From assembly GCA_018694115.1 (NCBI GenBank), contig JABHNB010000009.1:11116-75115 (forward strand): a stretch of DNA of 64,000 nucleotides, read 5' to 3'. The notes under the pieces were generated by a model. That model saw only the letters and a list, made by a program, of their open reading frames with translations. It had not been told where the DNA came from and did no database searches. This DNA is from an archaeon (GTDB lineage Archaea; Nanobdellota; Nanobdellia; Pacearchaeales; GW2011-AR1). This document shows positions 47,026 to 56,511 of this stretch, piece after piece (the stretch's first letter is position 1; each line of letters begins with the position of its first letter). A program made the position numbers and the translations under genes.

Positions 47026-49712
47026 CTAAAAATATCTTCCTTCTTCCTTTCTTCAACTATTTCGATATCACTTGGCTCTGAATTTGGCCGTTCAAATTCT
47101 TCAGTATTAGTTTCAGCAGGTTCCTTATCCACTACTTCAATATCACTTTCTGGAGCCCTAGCTTCTTCCCCATTTCTTTCTGATCCTTCGCTAGAACTAT
47201 CAACAACTTCAATATCATTTTCTTTGTCAACCTGCCTAACTCTCTCTGCTTCATCTTCTACTCGCTCATTCAATTCTTTCTCAACAGATTCCCTATCTCC
47301 GATCGGTTCAATTACACTTTCTCCTCCCGCATTTTCTGGGTTTTCTTCTCTCCGAGGATTATTTTCTACAACCTTATTTCCTTCATTTTCTACAACCCCC
47401 CCATTATTTTCCTTAATGTTTCCATCAACATCTCCACCCTTATCGCCCCCCTCCAATCTCAAAACTAACTCCGAGATTTCCTTAGCAACATCCGCATTAA
47501 CAGAGATAGAATCAATTCCCTGCTTAACTAAGAATTCAACCATCTCTTTTTTAGAACCTGCCTGCCCACAAATAGAAGTCTCAACCCCCTGCTTTCTACA
47601 TTCACGAATCACTCGGGATAATTGTTTCAAAACCGCCCAGTTCATTTCATCATAGATATATTGAACATCTTCATTTCCTCGATCAATTGCAAGAGTATAC
47701 TGCGTCAAATCATTTGTTCCAAATGAAATAAAATCAAGTCCAACTTCACAAAGATCTTTTATCAAGATTGAAGCGGCAGGAGTCTCAATCATAACTCCAA
47801 ATTGAACATTACTAATTCCCATCTCTTCAAAAATCTTCTTAGCTGCCTTTACCTCATCAACAGAAATAACTTGGGGAAACATAACTCCAAATTTATGTCC
47901 CTTATCTGCAAGTTCCTTAATTGCTCCAAGCTCTGCCTTAAAGATTCCAAGATGTTTCAGTGAAAACCTAATCCCGTGATTTCCTAACATTGGATTCTTT
48001 TCAATCTCTTTTGGGGCACCCTTTAGATTAGCATATTCATCACTTCGGATATCTGAGGAACGGATCCAGATTGGCTTTCCAATAAATGTTTCAGCAATCT
48101 TTCCAAGACCCTTAACTAACATGGCCTTATACTCTTCTAAGGTTCCTTCAGCCTCATAAGCAATCGGGTGTTTTCCTGCAGATGCGATTAAACCTTCCAA
48201 TCGAACAAGTCCAACACCGTCCGCATTTGTCTTAGCCGCTCGCTCAGCATATTCTGGTAAGTCAACCATAACTTTTATTCGAGTTTTAGTTTTAACAATT
48301 GGCAAGATTTCAACCTTCTTACTCTGAGCTCTTCCAGAATAAACCTTACCCCTAAAACCATCCACTGTAACTTCCTGACCATCTTCCAAAACCTCTAACG
48401 CATTATCTGTCCCAACAACTGCGGGAATACCCATTTCACGAGATACAATCGCTGCATGTGCTGTGATCCCCCCCTCACTAGTAATAATCGCCGCAGCCTT
48501 TTGCATAGTTACAACCATGTCCGGATTAGTCATTGCAGTAACAAGAACATCACCTTTTCGAATCTTGCCCAAATCTTCCATAGACTTAACAATTTTAACA
48601 ACTCCTGAAGAAATCCCTGGAGATGCGGCAAGTCCTTCCGTTAAAACTGGTCCTTCAAGTTCGTCTCCCTCACCCTCTTCCTTGCCATCACTCCCTGCTT
48701 TCAAGGTCGTAATCGGCCGAGTCTGTAAAATATATATATCCTCATTCTCAATTGCAAATTCAATATCTTGCGGTTTCTTGTAATGTTCTTCTAATTTAAT
48801 CGCATATTCTGCCAACTGCTTCAATTCATAAGTTTTCAAAACTCTCTGTCCGGATTTTTCTGGGCTTAATTGAACTGTTTTTGTAATTCCTGATGCATCT
48901 CTAACAATTGCAATTTTCTTCTCAGCAATTTTCTCATCTACAAGATCAAAAGCCCTAGAAACTGTTTGCTGGTCTGGTTTGATTTTCCCAGAAACAATAC
49001 CTTCCCCTTGTCCAAAGACAGATTCTACCAAGACATCGTCCGTGTTTTTTACTGGATGTCTAGAAAAAATAACTCCGGACTTATCTGAATTAATCATTTT
49101 CTGAACAATCGCGGCAATACCCACAAGATCTTCAAATCCTTTCTTCTTTCGGTAATATATCGACCGGGCTGTAAAAATAGATGCAAAAACTCGCTTGACT
49201 TTTTCAATCAAATCATCATTTCCCTTAACATTGATAAAACTTTCTTGCTGTCCTGCAAAACTTGCATCTCCCAAATCCTCTGCAGTGGCCGAACTTCTAA
49301 CTGAAACAAAAACAGGCTCACGAGCAGATTTCAAAATGGCCAATGCTCCAGGGGAACTTTCAAGACCGCTCAAATCAACATTAAAATTATCATAGGCTTC
49401 CAAAATTTCACTTCTAAGATCCTCGGGCATTTCCGCAGCAACCATGATTTCCCTAATCTCCTTAGCTTTGCTCGAAAGACCATCAGTATCATCAACATCA
49501 ATCTTATTCAAAATCTCTCGAATCTGATCCTTAATCTCCGTCTTTTTCAAAAAATGATCAAATGCCTTAGTTGTGACAACAAAAGCCTGGGGAACCGGAA
49601 ATTTTGAATTAAACATTTCACCAAGATTAGCCCCCTTACCTCCTGCGAGCTTAACATCTTTCTTAGATAAATCGGAAAGCCATGCAATGTACCCCTCTTT
49701 CATAAATTCCAA
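47022..49712 (-). CDS. ppsA: Phosphoenolpyruvate synthase (pyruvate, water dikinase) with ~150 aa acidic C-terminal extension
   Basis: PPDK_N N-terminus LAGGKGANLGEM. Phospho-His domain. PEP-utilising TIM barrel. Extra acidic tail with three DIE(V/I)V(D/E) repeats. Confidence 0.85.
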   Translation of the reverse strand: MEFMKEGYIAWLSDLSKKDVKLAGGKGANLGEMFNSKFPVPQAFVVTTKAFDHFLKKTEIKDQIREILNKIDVDDTDGLSSKAKEIREIMVAAEMPEDLRSEILEAYDNFNVDLSGLESSPGALAILKSAREPVFVSVRSSATAEDLGDASFAGQQESFINVKGNDDLIEKVKRVFASIFTARSIYYRKKKGFEDLVGIAAIVQKMINSDKSGVIFSRHPVKNTDDVLVESVFGQGEGIVSGKIKPDQQTVSRAFDLVDEKIAEKKIAIVRDASGITKTVQLSPEKSGQRVLKTYELKQLAEYAIKLEEHYKKPQDIEFAIENEDIYILQTRPITTLKAGSDGKEEGEGDELEGPVLTEGLAASPGISSGVVKIVKSMEDLGKIRKGDVLVTAMTNPDMVVTMQKAAAIITSEGGITAHAAIVSREMGIPAVVGTDNALEVLEDGQEVTVDGFRGKVYSGRAQSKKVEILPIVKTKTRIKVMVDLPEYAERAAKTNADGVGLVRLEGLIASAGKHPIAYEAEGTLEEYKAMLVKGLGKIAETFIGKPIWIRSSDIRSDEYANLKGAPKEIEKNPMLGNHGIRFSLKHLGIFKAELGAIKELADKGHKFGVMFPQVISVDEVKAAKKIFEEMGISNVQFGVMIETPAASILIKDLCEVGLDFISFGTNDLTQYTLAIDRGNEDVQYIYDEMNWAVLKQLSRVIRECRKQGVETSICGQAGSKKEMVEFLVKQGIDSISVNADVAKEISELVLRLEGGDKGGDVDGNIKENNGGVVENEGNKVVENNPRREENPENAGGESVIEPIGDRESVEKELNERVEDEAERVRQVDKENDIEVVDSSSEGSERNGEEARAPESDIEVVDKEPAETNTEEFERPNSEPSDIEIVEERKKEDIFS

Positions 49713-49939
49713 GAGCTATACGATTATTTAAAGTTTGTTGTAATAATTTCACTATCTTAGAACCTGCCAGAATCAGAATATCTCATAGTATAACCGAATC
49801 GCCCACTAACTGGGGAACTATCATACTTATTTTGGTTCCATTCATACGGTGATCCCGAAGGCCTTTCAAACACATATCCTTTGGATTCACCATCTCCACA
49901 TCCACATGCCATATTATCTCAATGAATATTAGTCTTTTA

Positions 49940-50175
49940 TGACTTTCGGTCAAATCTACGAAATAAAAAACACAAAGTATGTCCTACAACATATATGATA
50001 CAATATCTATATTGCAATATACTATATTGCACCACATACATTGGGACAAATAAAAAACCAAACTTTGCCCTAAGGGCACCAAATCATCCGAATTTTAAGA
50101 CCGAATTTTAAGAAATAAAAAATGCAAATAAAAAACCAAACCCAAAATCTACGAAATAAAAAACACATAATCAAA
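49940..50175. repeat. AT-rich repeat zone with repeated aaatctacgaaataaaaaacaca units at the compositional boundary
   Basis: Two copies of a ~23-nt unit (about 49952 and 50138) plus further aaataaaaaacaca copies. Seen directly. Confidence 0.45.
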
Positions 50176-50276
50176 TAAAAAACACAAATCCAAAGGCGAG
50201 GAGCCCAAACAGTCAGTAAACTGAAAGTTGGGCCCCTGCCTTGGATACTACGTCTTGACCACCCAGTTAATTGGAC

Positions 50277-50738
50277 TTACTTGGGCGGATACAGAATCAT
50301 AAGAATAACCAGGAAGAAGCAGACGGATATCACAACAAGCGAAGGAACGCTCGGAATGTAATATCCTTCGAGTCTTTCAATCTCCTGGAAACTGAAGACG
50401 CCACGCCCTTTTTCTCCACAATCCACATGGTACCTGTAACCTTTTTCTGCGCCACCAAAATCCCAATCCCGAATAACGCCTATCTTCCCTTCGGCAGCGG
50501 TATCCCGTTGGACGATCTTGATTTGATCATTGATGTGATACGCCGGGCCCCACCACCAGCAGAGGAAGTAAACTCCTGCAAGGAGGAGAATCAGGACCGC
50601 CCACCCCCGGGGAGATATCTCATTCAACTTTTTGGCAACCGCCCTTAGGGGACGGTAAACGACCAGCAAGGCAATGAACCCCCCAATCGTGGCCAACACC
50701 TGCCAATGATCACCGGCTATTTTCAAAAGTTCATCCAT
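50277..50738 (-). CDS. Three-TM membrane protein, tandem paralogue 1 of 4
   Basis: D(H/N)WQVLAT N-terminal TM, W-rich TM2 followed by GPAYHIND, a soluble ~65 aa domain (GxIGxIRDW...F.EI.RL.G), and a C-terminal TM. Confidence 0.55.
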   Translation of the reverse strand: MDELLKIAGDHWQVLATIGGFIALLVVYRPLRAVAKKLNEISPRGWAVLILLLAGVYFLCWWWGPAYHINDQIKIVQRDTAAEGKIGVIRDWDFGGAEKGYRYHVDCGEKGRGVFSFQEIERLEGYYIPSVPSLVVISVCFFLVILMILYPPK

Positions 50739-50836
50739 ACGTCACTTCCTTTCATTCTGTCAATTCTCTTTCTTCTAGCTCATGCACACACTGCACGAGT
50801 AATGCAAGTAAAAAATACTCCCCCTGTCAAGGGCAA

Positions 50837-51322
50837 TTAATCCAACTTATCCCGGACGATCACCAGGAAGCTTCCCAGAATAAATATGATGAAGGATGGA
50901 ATTCCGGGGATATAGGGGCCACCCAAACTCCTTATCTCCGCGAACAGAAACTTATGCTTTGCCCCCCCACACTCCACAAAGTAGGAGTAGTGGGCCATTT
51001 CAAGTTTCCAATCTCTGACCACTCCAATTTTCCCGTTGAGCTCGCTTTGCAGTCGCGTAATCTCAACTTCATCATTGGCGCCATAGACTGGGCCCAACCA
51101 CCAGCTGAAACAATAAACTATCACTGCAAGGAAAACTATCCCGAAGATCGTCCACATCAGCCACTTTCCGGCTACGCGCCCCCGATCAATAGCTTTTCTT
51201 ACCAAACGATAGCCCACAACCAGAACAGCGCAGGTAGCCAACGTGGCCAGCACTTGCCAATTGTCACAGGCCATTTTCCAAAGATCATTCATAACTTCAT
51301 TTCCTTTCATTTCGATTATCAC
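50837..51322 (-). CDS. Three-TM membrane protein, tandem paralogue 2 of 4
   Basis: Same architecture: NWQVLATLA, GPVYGAND, GKIGVVRDW. Confidence 0.55.
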   Translation of the reverse strand: MIIEMKGNEVMNDLWKMACDNWQVLATLATCAVLVVGYRLVRKAIDRGRVAGKWLMWTIFGIVFLAVIVYCFSWWLGPVYGANDEVEITRLQSELNGKIGVVRDWKLEMAHYSYFVECGGAKHKFLFAEIRSLGGPYIPGIPSFIIFILGSFLVIVRDKLD

Positions 51323-51335
51323 AACCTCCCAAGGG

Positions 51336-51400
51336 AGAGCTAGTCATCCGGCCCACTGCCAAACAATCTAGCTCCCCCTTACAATCGACCTCTTAATCGA
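51336..51400. repeat. Conserved ~55-nt intergenic element (copy 1) with an 11-bp inverted repeat gggagagctag...ctagctccccc
   Basis: Near-identical to the copy at 51946-52010. Each lies upstream of a paralogue gene. Confidence 0.45.
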
Positions 51401-51417
51401 GAGAACGACAACTACGC

Positions 51418-51912
51418 CTAGTCACTCGCGCCTTCTTTCAGCTTCAGGGAATCCATATTCGCGGCGAGAGCTATCAGGCTTCCGATTATCATCAGGATAA
51501 GCGGAAAAACACTCGGGATATAGCAGGGGCCTTCAAACCTTTTGAGTTCCTGGAAGTGGAATTTTCCCAGTTCTTTCGCCCCATAATCCACATGATAGAT
51601 GAATCCCCCTGGACGAGGACTTTCCCAATCACGGATTATTCCGACCTTTCCTTCCTCGGGGGTATCTCGTTGGACGATCGTGACCTTTTCGTTGATACCA
51701 TACACCGGTCCAAGGCCCCATGCGAGGAAGTAAATCACTGCCGAGACAATTACCATCCATACGAGGGTCTTCAACACCCAACCCGTAGTGAGATTCACAT
51801 ACCTGGAAGCAACCTTCTTTCCCAAGCGATAAATCACGAAGAGGGAGGCGAAGACAGCCAATGTGGCAAATACCTGCCAGTTGTCGCTCACCATGTTAAC
51901 AAACTCTTTCAT
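51418..51912 (-). CDS. Three-TM membrane protein, tandem paralogue 3 of 4
   Basis: Same architecture: NWQVFATLA, GPVYGINE, GKVGIIRDW. Confidence 0.55.
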   Translation of the reverse strand: MKEFVNMVSDNWQVFATLAVFASLFVIYRLGKKVASRYVNLTTGWVLKTLVWMVIVSAVIYFLAWGLGPVYGINEKVTIVQRDTPEEGKVGIIRDWESPRPGGFIYHVDYGAKELGKFHFQELKRFEGPCYIPSVFPLILMIIGSLIALAANMDSLKLKEGASD

Positions 51913-51945
51913 ATCTCGTTCCTTTCGTTCAATTCATCAAAACCC

Positions 51946-52010
51946 CCAAAAGGGAGAGCTAGTCATCAAGCCCAATGCCCAACAATCTAGCCCTCCCAAG
52001 GGTAACGCCA
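51946..52010. repeat. Conserved ~55-nt intergenic element (copy 2), gggagagctag...ctagccctccc
   Basis: See copy 1. A second, different conserved element (gcacacactgcacgagtaatgcaagta-like) lies upstream of paralogues 1 and 4. Confidence 0.45.
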
Positions 52011-52013
52011 TCG

Positions 52014-52502
52014 TCAATATCCGAAGTTCGAAGAGGATTTATTCAGGACGGGTAATCGCAAGTAGATCACCACACAAACCCCGACGGCCATTAAAACAAG
52101 GATTGGAATGCCCGGGATATGGGGCCCGTTTAACCTCTTCAGGTGCTCAAAACGGAGGCCGTAGGGTTCATCTCCCTTACAATAAACAGAATACACATAG
52201 CCATTGCCCGGAGCGAGACAATTCCAGGATCTGATTATCCCAGTTTCACCATTTACGTCGCTTCGGGGATAAACTATCTCGACTTCGTCGTTGATATGAT
52301 ACGCCGGACCCCACCACCAGGTAAAGAAATAGATCCCGGCTACCACAACAACTGCCAACATGACCGTCTTCAGGAACCATCCACGTGGCAATCCCCGGTA
52401 CTTGGAAACAACCCTCCTTACCACACGATAGCCCATCAGCAAGGCGACACATCCTGCCAGGGTGGCAAACACTTGCCAATGTCCAACAATAAACTCTTTC
52501 AT
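52014..52502 (-). CDS. Three-TM membrane protein, tandem paralogue 4 of 4
   Basis: Same architecture: HWQVFATLA, WWWGPAYHINDE, GETGIIRSW. Confidence 0.55.
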   Translation of the reverse strand: MKEFIVGHWQVFATLAGCVALLMGYRVVRRVVSKYRGLPRGWFLKTVMLAVVVVAGIYFFTWWWGPAYHINDEVEIVYPRSDVNGETGIIRSWNCLAPGNGYVYSVYCKGDEPYGLRFEHLKRLNGPHIPGIPILVLMAVGVCVVIYLRLPVLNKSSSNFGY

Positions 52503-52593
52503 AACTCGTTCCTTTCATTATCTATCTTCATCCCATCTTGCCCGCACACTATGCACGAATAAAACAAGTAGGAAGTAAGTCTTCAGGCGGCGG

Positions 52594-53883
52594 TCAGGAA
52601 GGAGAGGCCAGTTTTATCAGCTTGACCTTTATTTCATCCTTGCTATCCCACCCATATTCGGCCGCTTCCGCAAAGAGATCCAGCCACCATTCGAAGTCGC
52701 CGTCACCGAGTTCCATCAACTTTCCAAGGAAGATTTCTCCGAGATTGTCAGATTCTCCATCTCCGAGCATCTTGTCGTAGGTCTCTTTCCAGAGATTGAA
52801 GTCGCTACACTCCAACTCTCTGAATATTTCGATTATCCTATCCTCAGAAGGCGAGGAACCCTCTGCGTTTGTGAAGAACTCCCACCATTTGTCCGGGCCC
52901 CAATTCCTGGGTCGTTCTTCTATCTGGGTGAGGATCAGTCTTTGCCTGTCATGATCTCCATCAAACATCCCGAAGATAGCCTCCCAGTTCTCAAAGGATA
53001 CCTCTTCTCTCCCTTCGAGTCTTTTAATGAGGGCATCACACATATTTTCCCAGCCATTATCGTTTGCTTCTTCCAGGAATCCTTTCAATGTCTCGAAATC
53101 TTCCTGGGGGAGTTCGGCCACATTTTCTTCGAGAGCATTGTCCGTAGTTTCATCATCGGCCACCCTATAGGCCTCCATGAGTTGCCCCATGGTGGTCACT
53201 CTCTTGACCAGTTCTTCACCGATCCTTTCCTCGTGCTGATTGTAGCAGTCCCCACGAAGGGTGCACAACTGTTCAAGGGAGGGATTGGAAGATAAGAGCA
53301 GATCGAGGAAAAGATCTGCGACCATCTTCTTGATGCCCATCTCTTCCTTATCGGCCTCTCCAGATTCTGTATAGATGGTTTTTGCCTGATCGAAAGTTTG
53401 GATGGATCCGCCTACATTTTCGAGAGCGGTCTGTCTGAGGGGAGATCCAGCTTCAGCCACTTCAAGGACAGACTCCCAATCTTCCGGAGTCCTTGCCCTT
53501 CGTGAGATCTGCTCCAGGACTGAACTTTTGAGCGAGGCGTCTCCAGACCTTATGGCCGCATGGCAAAGCTTGATCCAGTTTCCGAATTCCGATCCCACAC
53601 GTTGGAGCATCTGCGTTCCAGCGTGCCGGTGAAGCTCTGACAAATCTTCATTGCCTATCGAGAGTTCGAACAGTCTGAGGTTATTCTCGAATGTTGAAGC
53701 CAATCTGGCGGCTTCACCAAGGGCGCGTTTCTTGAGGGGCTCTTCGGCCTCTCCACTGTAGTACACCTCGATCCACCGATCGAAATTCAGATCGGGGGGA
53801 GGCGCGTTATCTTGCACATTCCAGATTGCAAGAGCTTTCATTACTCCGACCTGGGCGGCCAGAGATTCAAATGACATTTCCAT
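52594..53883 (-). CDS. Acidic all-alpha hypothetical protein (429 aa)
   Basis: Glu/Asp/Trp-rich with internal repeats and no catalytic motif. Confidence 0.45.
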   Translation of the reverse strand: MEMSFESLAAQVGVMKALAIWNVQDNAPPPDLNFDRWIEVYYSGEAEEPLKKRALGEAARLASTFENNLRLFELSIGNEDLSELHRHAGTQMLQRVGSEFGNWIKLCHAAIRSGDASLKSSVLEQISRRARTPEDWESVLEVAEAGSPLRQTALENVGGSIQTFDQAKTIYTESGEADKEEMGIKKMVADLFLDLLLSSNPSLEQLCTLRGDCYNQHEERIGEELVKRVTTMGQLMEAYRVADDETTDNALEENVAELPQEDFETLKGFLEEANDNGWENMCDALIKRLEGREEVSFENWEAIFGMFDGDHDRQRLILTQIEERPRNWGPDKWWEFFTNAEGSSPSEDRIIEIFRELECSDFNLWKETYDKMLGDGESDNLGEIFLGKLMELGDGDFEWWLDLFAEAAEYGWDSKDEIKVKLIKLASPS

Positions 53884-53950
53884 AAGGATTACCTTCTTTC
53901 GTATTATTCTACTTTTTCGATCTATCCCAACACGATGTCAGGACTCTGTT

Positions 53951-54466
53951 TTATCCGTCACTCCGACCTTCAATTTTCTCCAGCTTTTGGATGACTGCAC
54001 GCCGGACTTCGCTTCCCTGGGGGGTTCCGAAATAGACATAGGTGGCCTCCCGTTCCCCTTCAGCTTGTTCGAAGTCTTGCCAGCACTGCGGGATCCATTT
54101 TTGGCGGATAGCCCTCCTTATATCTGAATCTTCCGGAGTGCAAAGATACAGGATCTTCAGTCCCAGTGCACTGTTGGCAGCAAGGCACCTGGACAAATGG
54201 ATCCTTTCAATGCGATTCACAAACTCCGGACTGACCTTCCCGCCGAGGATAACACGAAGGTAGAGCTCGAAAAGCTGTTCCTTGTTCTTCGCATTTTCCA
54301 AATGGCCGATAAAGGTCAGATCATCCATCTCTTGGAGATCCTGAACAAGGCGAATCTGGGAATTCATTAAAGCTTCCCTCGAAAAGCTTTCTTCCTTCAC
54401 CGAACACCCCGGAGACGTCAGGGATCCACAACAGACAACAACCAACAACCAACAAGGCAGTTTCAT
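53951..54466 (-). CDS. Lipoprotein-like secreted protein
   Basis: Probable start at MKLPCWLLVVVCCGSLTSPGCS (signal peptide with a Cys-containing lipobox-like end). The track ORF extends to 54535. Confidence 0.4.
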   Translation of the reverse strand: MKLPCWLLVVVCCGSLTSPGCSVKEESFSREALMNSQIRLVQDLQEMDDLTFIGHLENAKNKEQLFELYLRVILGGKVSPEFVNRIERIHLSRCLAANSALGLKILYLCTPEDSDIRRAIRQKWIPQCWQDFEQAEGEREATYVYFGTPQGSEVRRAVIQKLEKIEGRSDG

Positions 54467-54563
54467 AACAATTCTCCCTTCAGAGAACAAGGAACAGCGC
54501 CGGGCACCCCCCAATAAAACATTACCCGGCCCCATTCAGGTTAGTGAAAAATCAGGCCATCAA

Positions 54564-55154
54564 TTATTCGGCATCGGCAGTCGGAATGTCGCTGAGATCG
54601 ATCGGAGATCCGTCCGCTCCGCGGTAGGTCCTGAGGAGGATGTCCTCTTCGATGTGGCGTTCGTCGCCATTCGGAAGTTTGATTCGGATTACTCCTTCCT
54701 TATCGCGGATAGCGAGAACCACGTCTTTTTCGTCACGCTTCACGATCCCAGTATAGTCATCGACCATGCGACCAGCCGGCGAAAGATGATCATCCACGAA
54801 GTCAGTGTCGGCAGTGTACTGGTCACCGCACCCCTGCTCGCCTGCTGCTATAAGGATATCGTCCAGGTTATCTACCGTGGGCGGAGTCTCCATCATATCC
54901 AGAAGTGCCTCGGCGATTTCGCCAGGAACTTCGTTGAGGATAACAACGCCTTTTTCACCGTCTGCGCCCTGCCAGGTTCCGTCGCCGTCACCGTCAGTTT
55001 CGTTGAGAACGAGAATCACCGGACGGTCGTTATTCTGGCCATATCCGGAGACTTCCATATCCTGTTCGAATGCCACAACGACATCACTCGCGGGAACCTT
55101 GAAGATAAGCTTGCGGGTTGCGGAAACGATTTTAAGACCTTTATCAAAATTCAC
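54564..55154 (-). CDS. Acidic hypothetical protein (196 aa)
   Basis: Asp/Gly-rich with no motif. Confidence 0.4.
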   Translation of the reverse strand: MNFDKGLKIVSATRKLIFKVPASDVVVAFEQDMEVSGYGQNNDRPVILVLNETDGDGDGTWQGADGEKGVVILNEVPGEIAEALLDMMETPPTVDNLDDILIAAGEQGCGDQYTADTDFVDDHLSPAGRMVDDYTGIVKRDEKDVVLAIRDKEGVIRIKLPNGDERHIEEDILLRTYRGADGSPIDLSDIPTADAE

Positions 55155-55407
55155 AATATTCTCCTTTCTCCGTTTTGGGGAGAAAAAAAGTAAGGCCCTA
55201 ACTCTTGTCAGAACCTAAAGATTCCAGCAACTTGCCAGGATCCTTTTAATGTAATGCCATGTTACGTCCCAAAAACTTATCTCCTAATCCTGAGGAGTGT
55301 TTCGAATGTGCTTCACAAAACTCCAGATCGCAATCACTCCAGAAAAAGTGGCCCCCGAAGCGATTAAAATCCCTGCAATCTGCTGTGTCATTTCTACTCC
55401 TTTCTGG

Positions 55408-56511
55408 TCAGCTCTCCTTTGAGCCAAACCATTTACGATAGATTTCATCGTATTTACCGCTTTTCCGAATCTTCAACAAGGCGCGGTTAATCTCTTCTCG
55501 AAGATTGCTTCCTTCAGGTACGGCGAAGCCGTAGTATTGTTTGTCGAAAATCGGACCGACAACCCCCACTTCATCCGGGTGTTGCTGGGCGAAGAAAAGG
55601 ACACTTGGGGAATCGAAGACAACCGCATCAACCTTCTCCTTAAGCAGGAGATCATACGATTCTTGGATAGAAGGTGTAGCAACCACCTTAGCTCCAAGGC
55701 CCTTAAGTGTCGTAACACTTGTAGTGCCTTGTGCAGTGGCGACCGTCTTTCCTCTGAGATCTCCCGGATGGTTGATCACCGATTCAATGGCCTCGATTTC
55801 CCGGACCGTAAAAGCTGTGATGATCGGAGCAGAGACAAGGCCGACAATAACGCAGCCGTTGAGGAAGAGGGGGATGGTTAAGAGCCTTCCCCAAGTCTTC
55901 TTGGGATAGATATCTCCAAAACCTATGGTGGTCTTAATTGCCCAGACACACCAGCATGCATCGAAGAATCCTTTCCAATCGTCTGCGATTACGTCTGCAC
56001 CCTGTTCAGCCCGCCACAACAAGAATCCCCAAACGAAGAATCCAATGAAGAGGATTCCCAAAAGCCCTGCCATCTCCCAGTTGAACAGTCTTCGGAAAAT
56101 AGACGAGAGGATCGAGGCCTTTTTCTTCTGACCTTTGACAACGATCCTCAATCCGGAATTCATATAGTGGTGTGAGAAGTCGAAATTCTCTTCCCGATCC
56201 GCGGTAATAAAGATCCCGGACACTGCCACATCAACCTTCCCTGCCTTAACATCCTGCAGAAGTTGGTCAAATTCCGAACCCTTGTACTGCTTGTACTCAA
56301 TCTCCCAGTTGAGTTCTCCAGCAATCGCCTCAATTATTTCGATGTCTGATCCCGAAAGGCCAGACTTCGTTGAGGAACTTTCCATCACGCATGGGCGGAA
56401 GATTCCCGCACCAATAGTGATTTTCTTTTTTTCCTGCGCTTGCACCGGGGAAACGACTGCCGCCAGAACAAGTACACCAATAACAATCAGAAAGGCGGTT
56501 TTTTGCTTCAC
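55408..56511 (-). CDS. GluR0-type ligand-gated potassium channel: periplasmic amino-acid-binding (SBP_bac_3) domain split by a K+-channel pore module
   Basis: Signal peptide. SBP lobe 1 (KVDVAVSGIFITADREENFDFSHHY). TM. P-loop with K+ selectivity filter TTIGFGD. TM. SBP lobe 2 (TVATAQGTTS...VDAVVFDSP...YGFAVPEGS). Confidence 0.75.
   Translation of the reverse strand: MKQKTAFLIVIGVLVLAAVVSPVQAQEKKKITIGAGIFRPCVMESSSTKSGLSGSDIEIIEAIAGELNWEIEYKQYKGSEFDQLLQDVKAGKVDVAVSGIFITADREENFDFSHHYMNSGLRIVVKGQKKKASILSSIFRRLFNWEMAGLLGILFIGFFVWGFLLWRAEQGADVIADDWKGFFDACWCVWAIKTTIGFGDIYPKKTWGRLLTIPLFLNGCVIVGLVSAPIITAFTVREIEAIESVINHPGDLRGKTVATAQGTTSVTTLKGLGAKVVATPSIQESYDLLLKEKVDAVVFDSPSVLFFAQQHPDEVGVVGPIFDKQYYGFAVPEGSNLREEINRALLKIRKSGKYDEIYRKWFGSKES

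Noticed and set aside
53402-55218. Plus-strand ORFs (76-179 aa) within the GC-rich block
   Set aside because: In GC-rich DNA long antisense ORFs arise by chance. Each overlaps a longer minus-strand ORF with better coding character.
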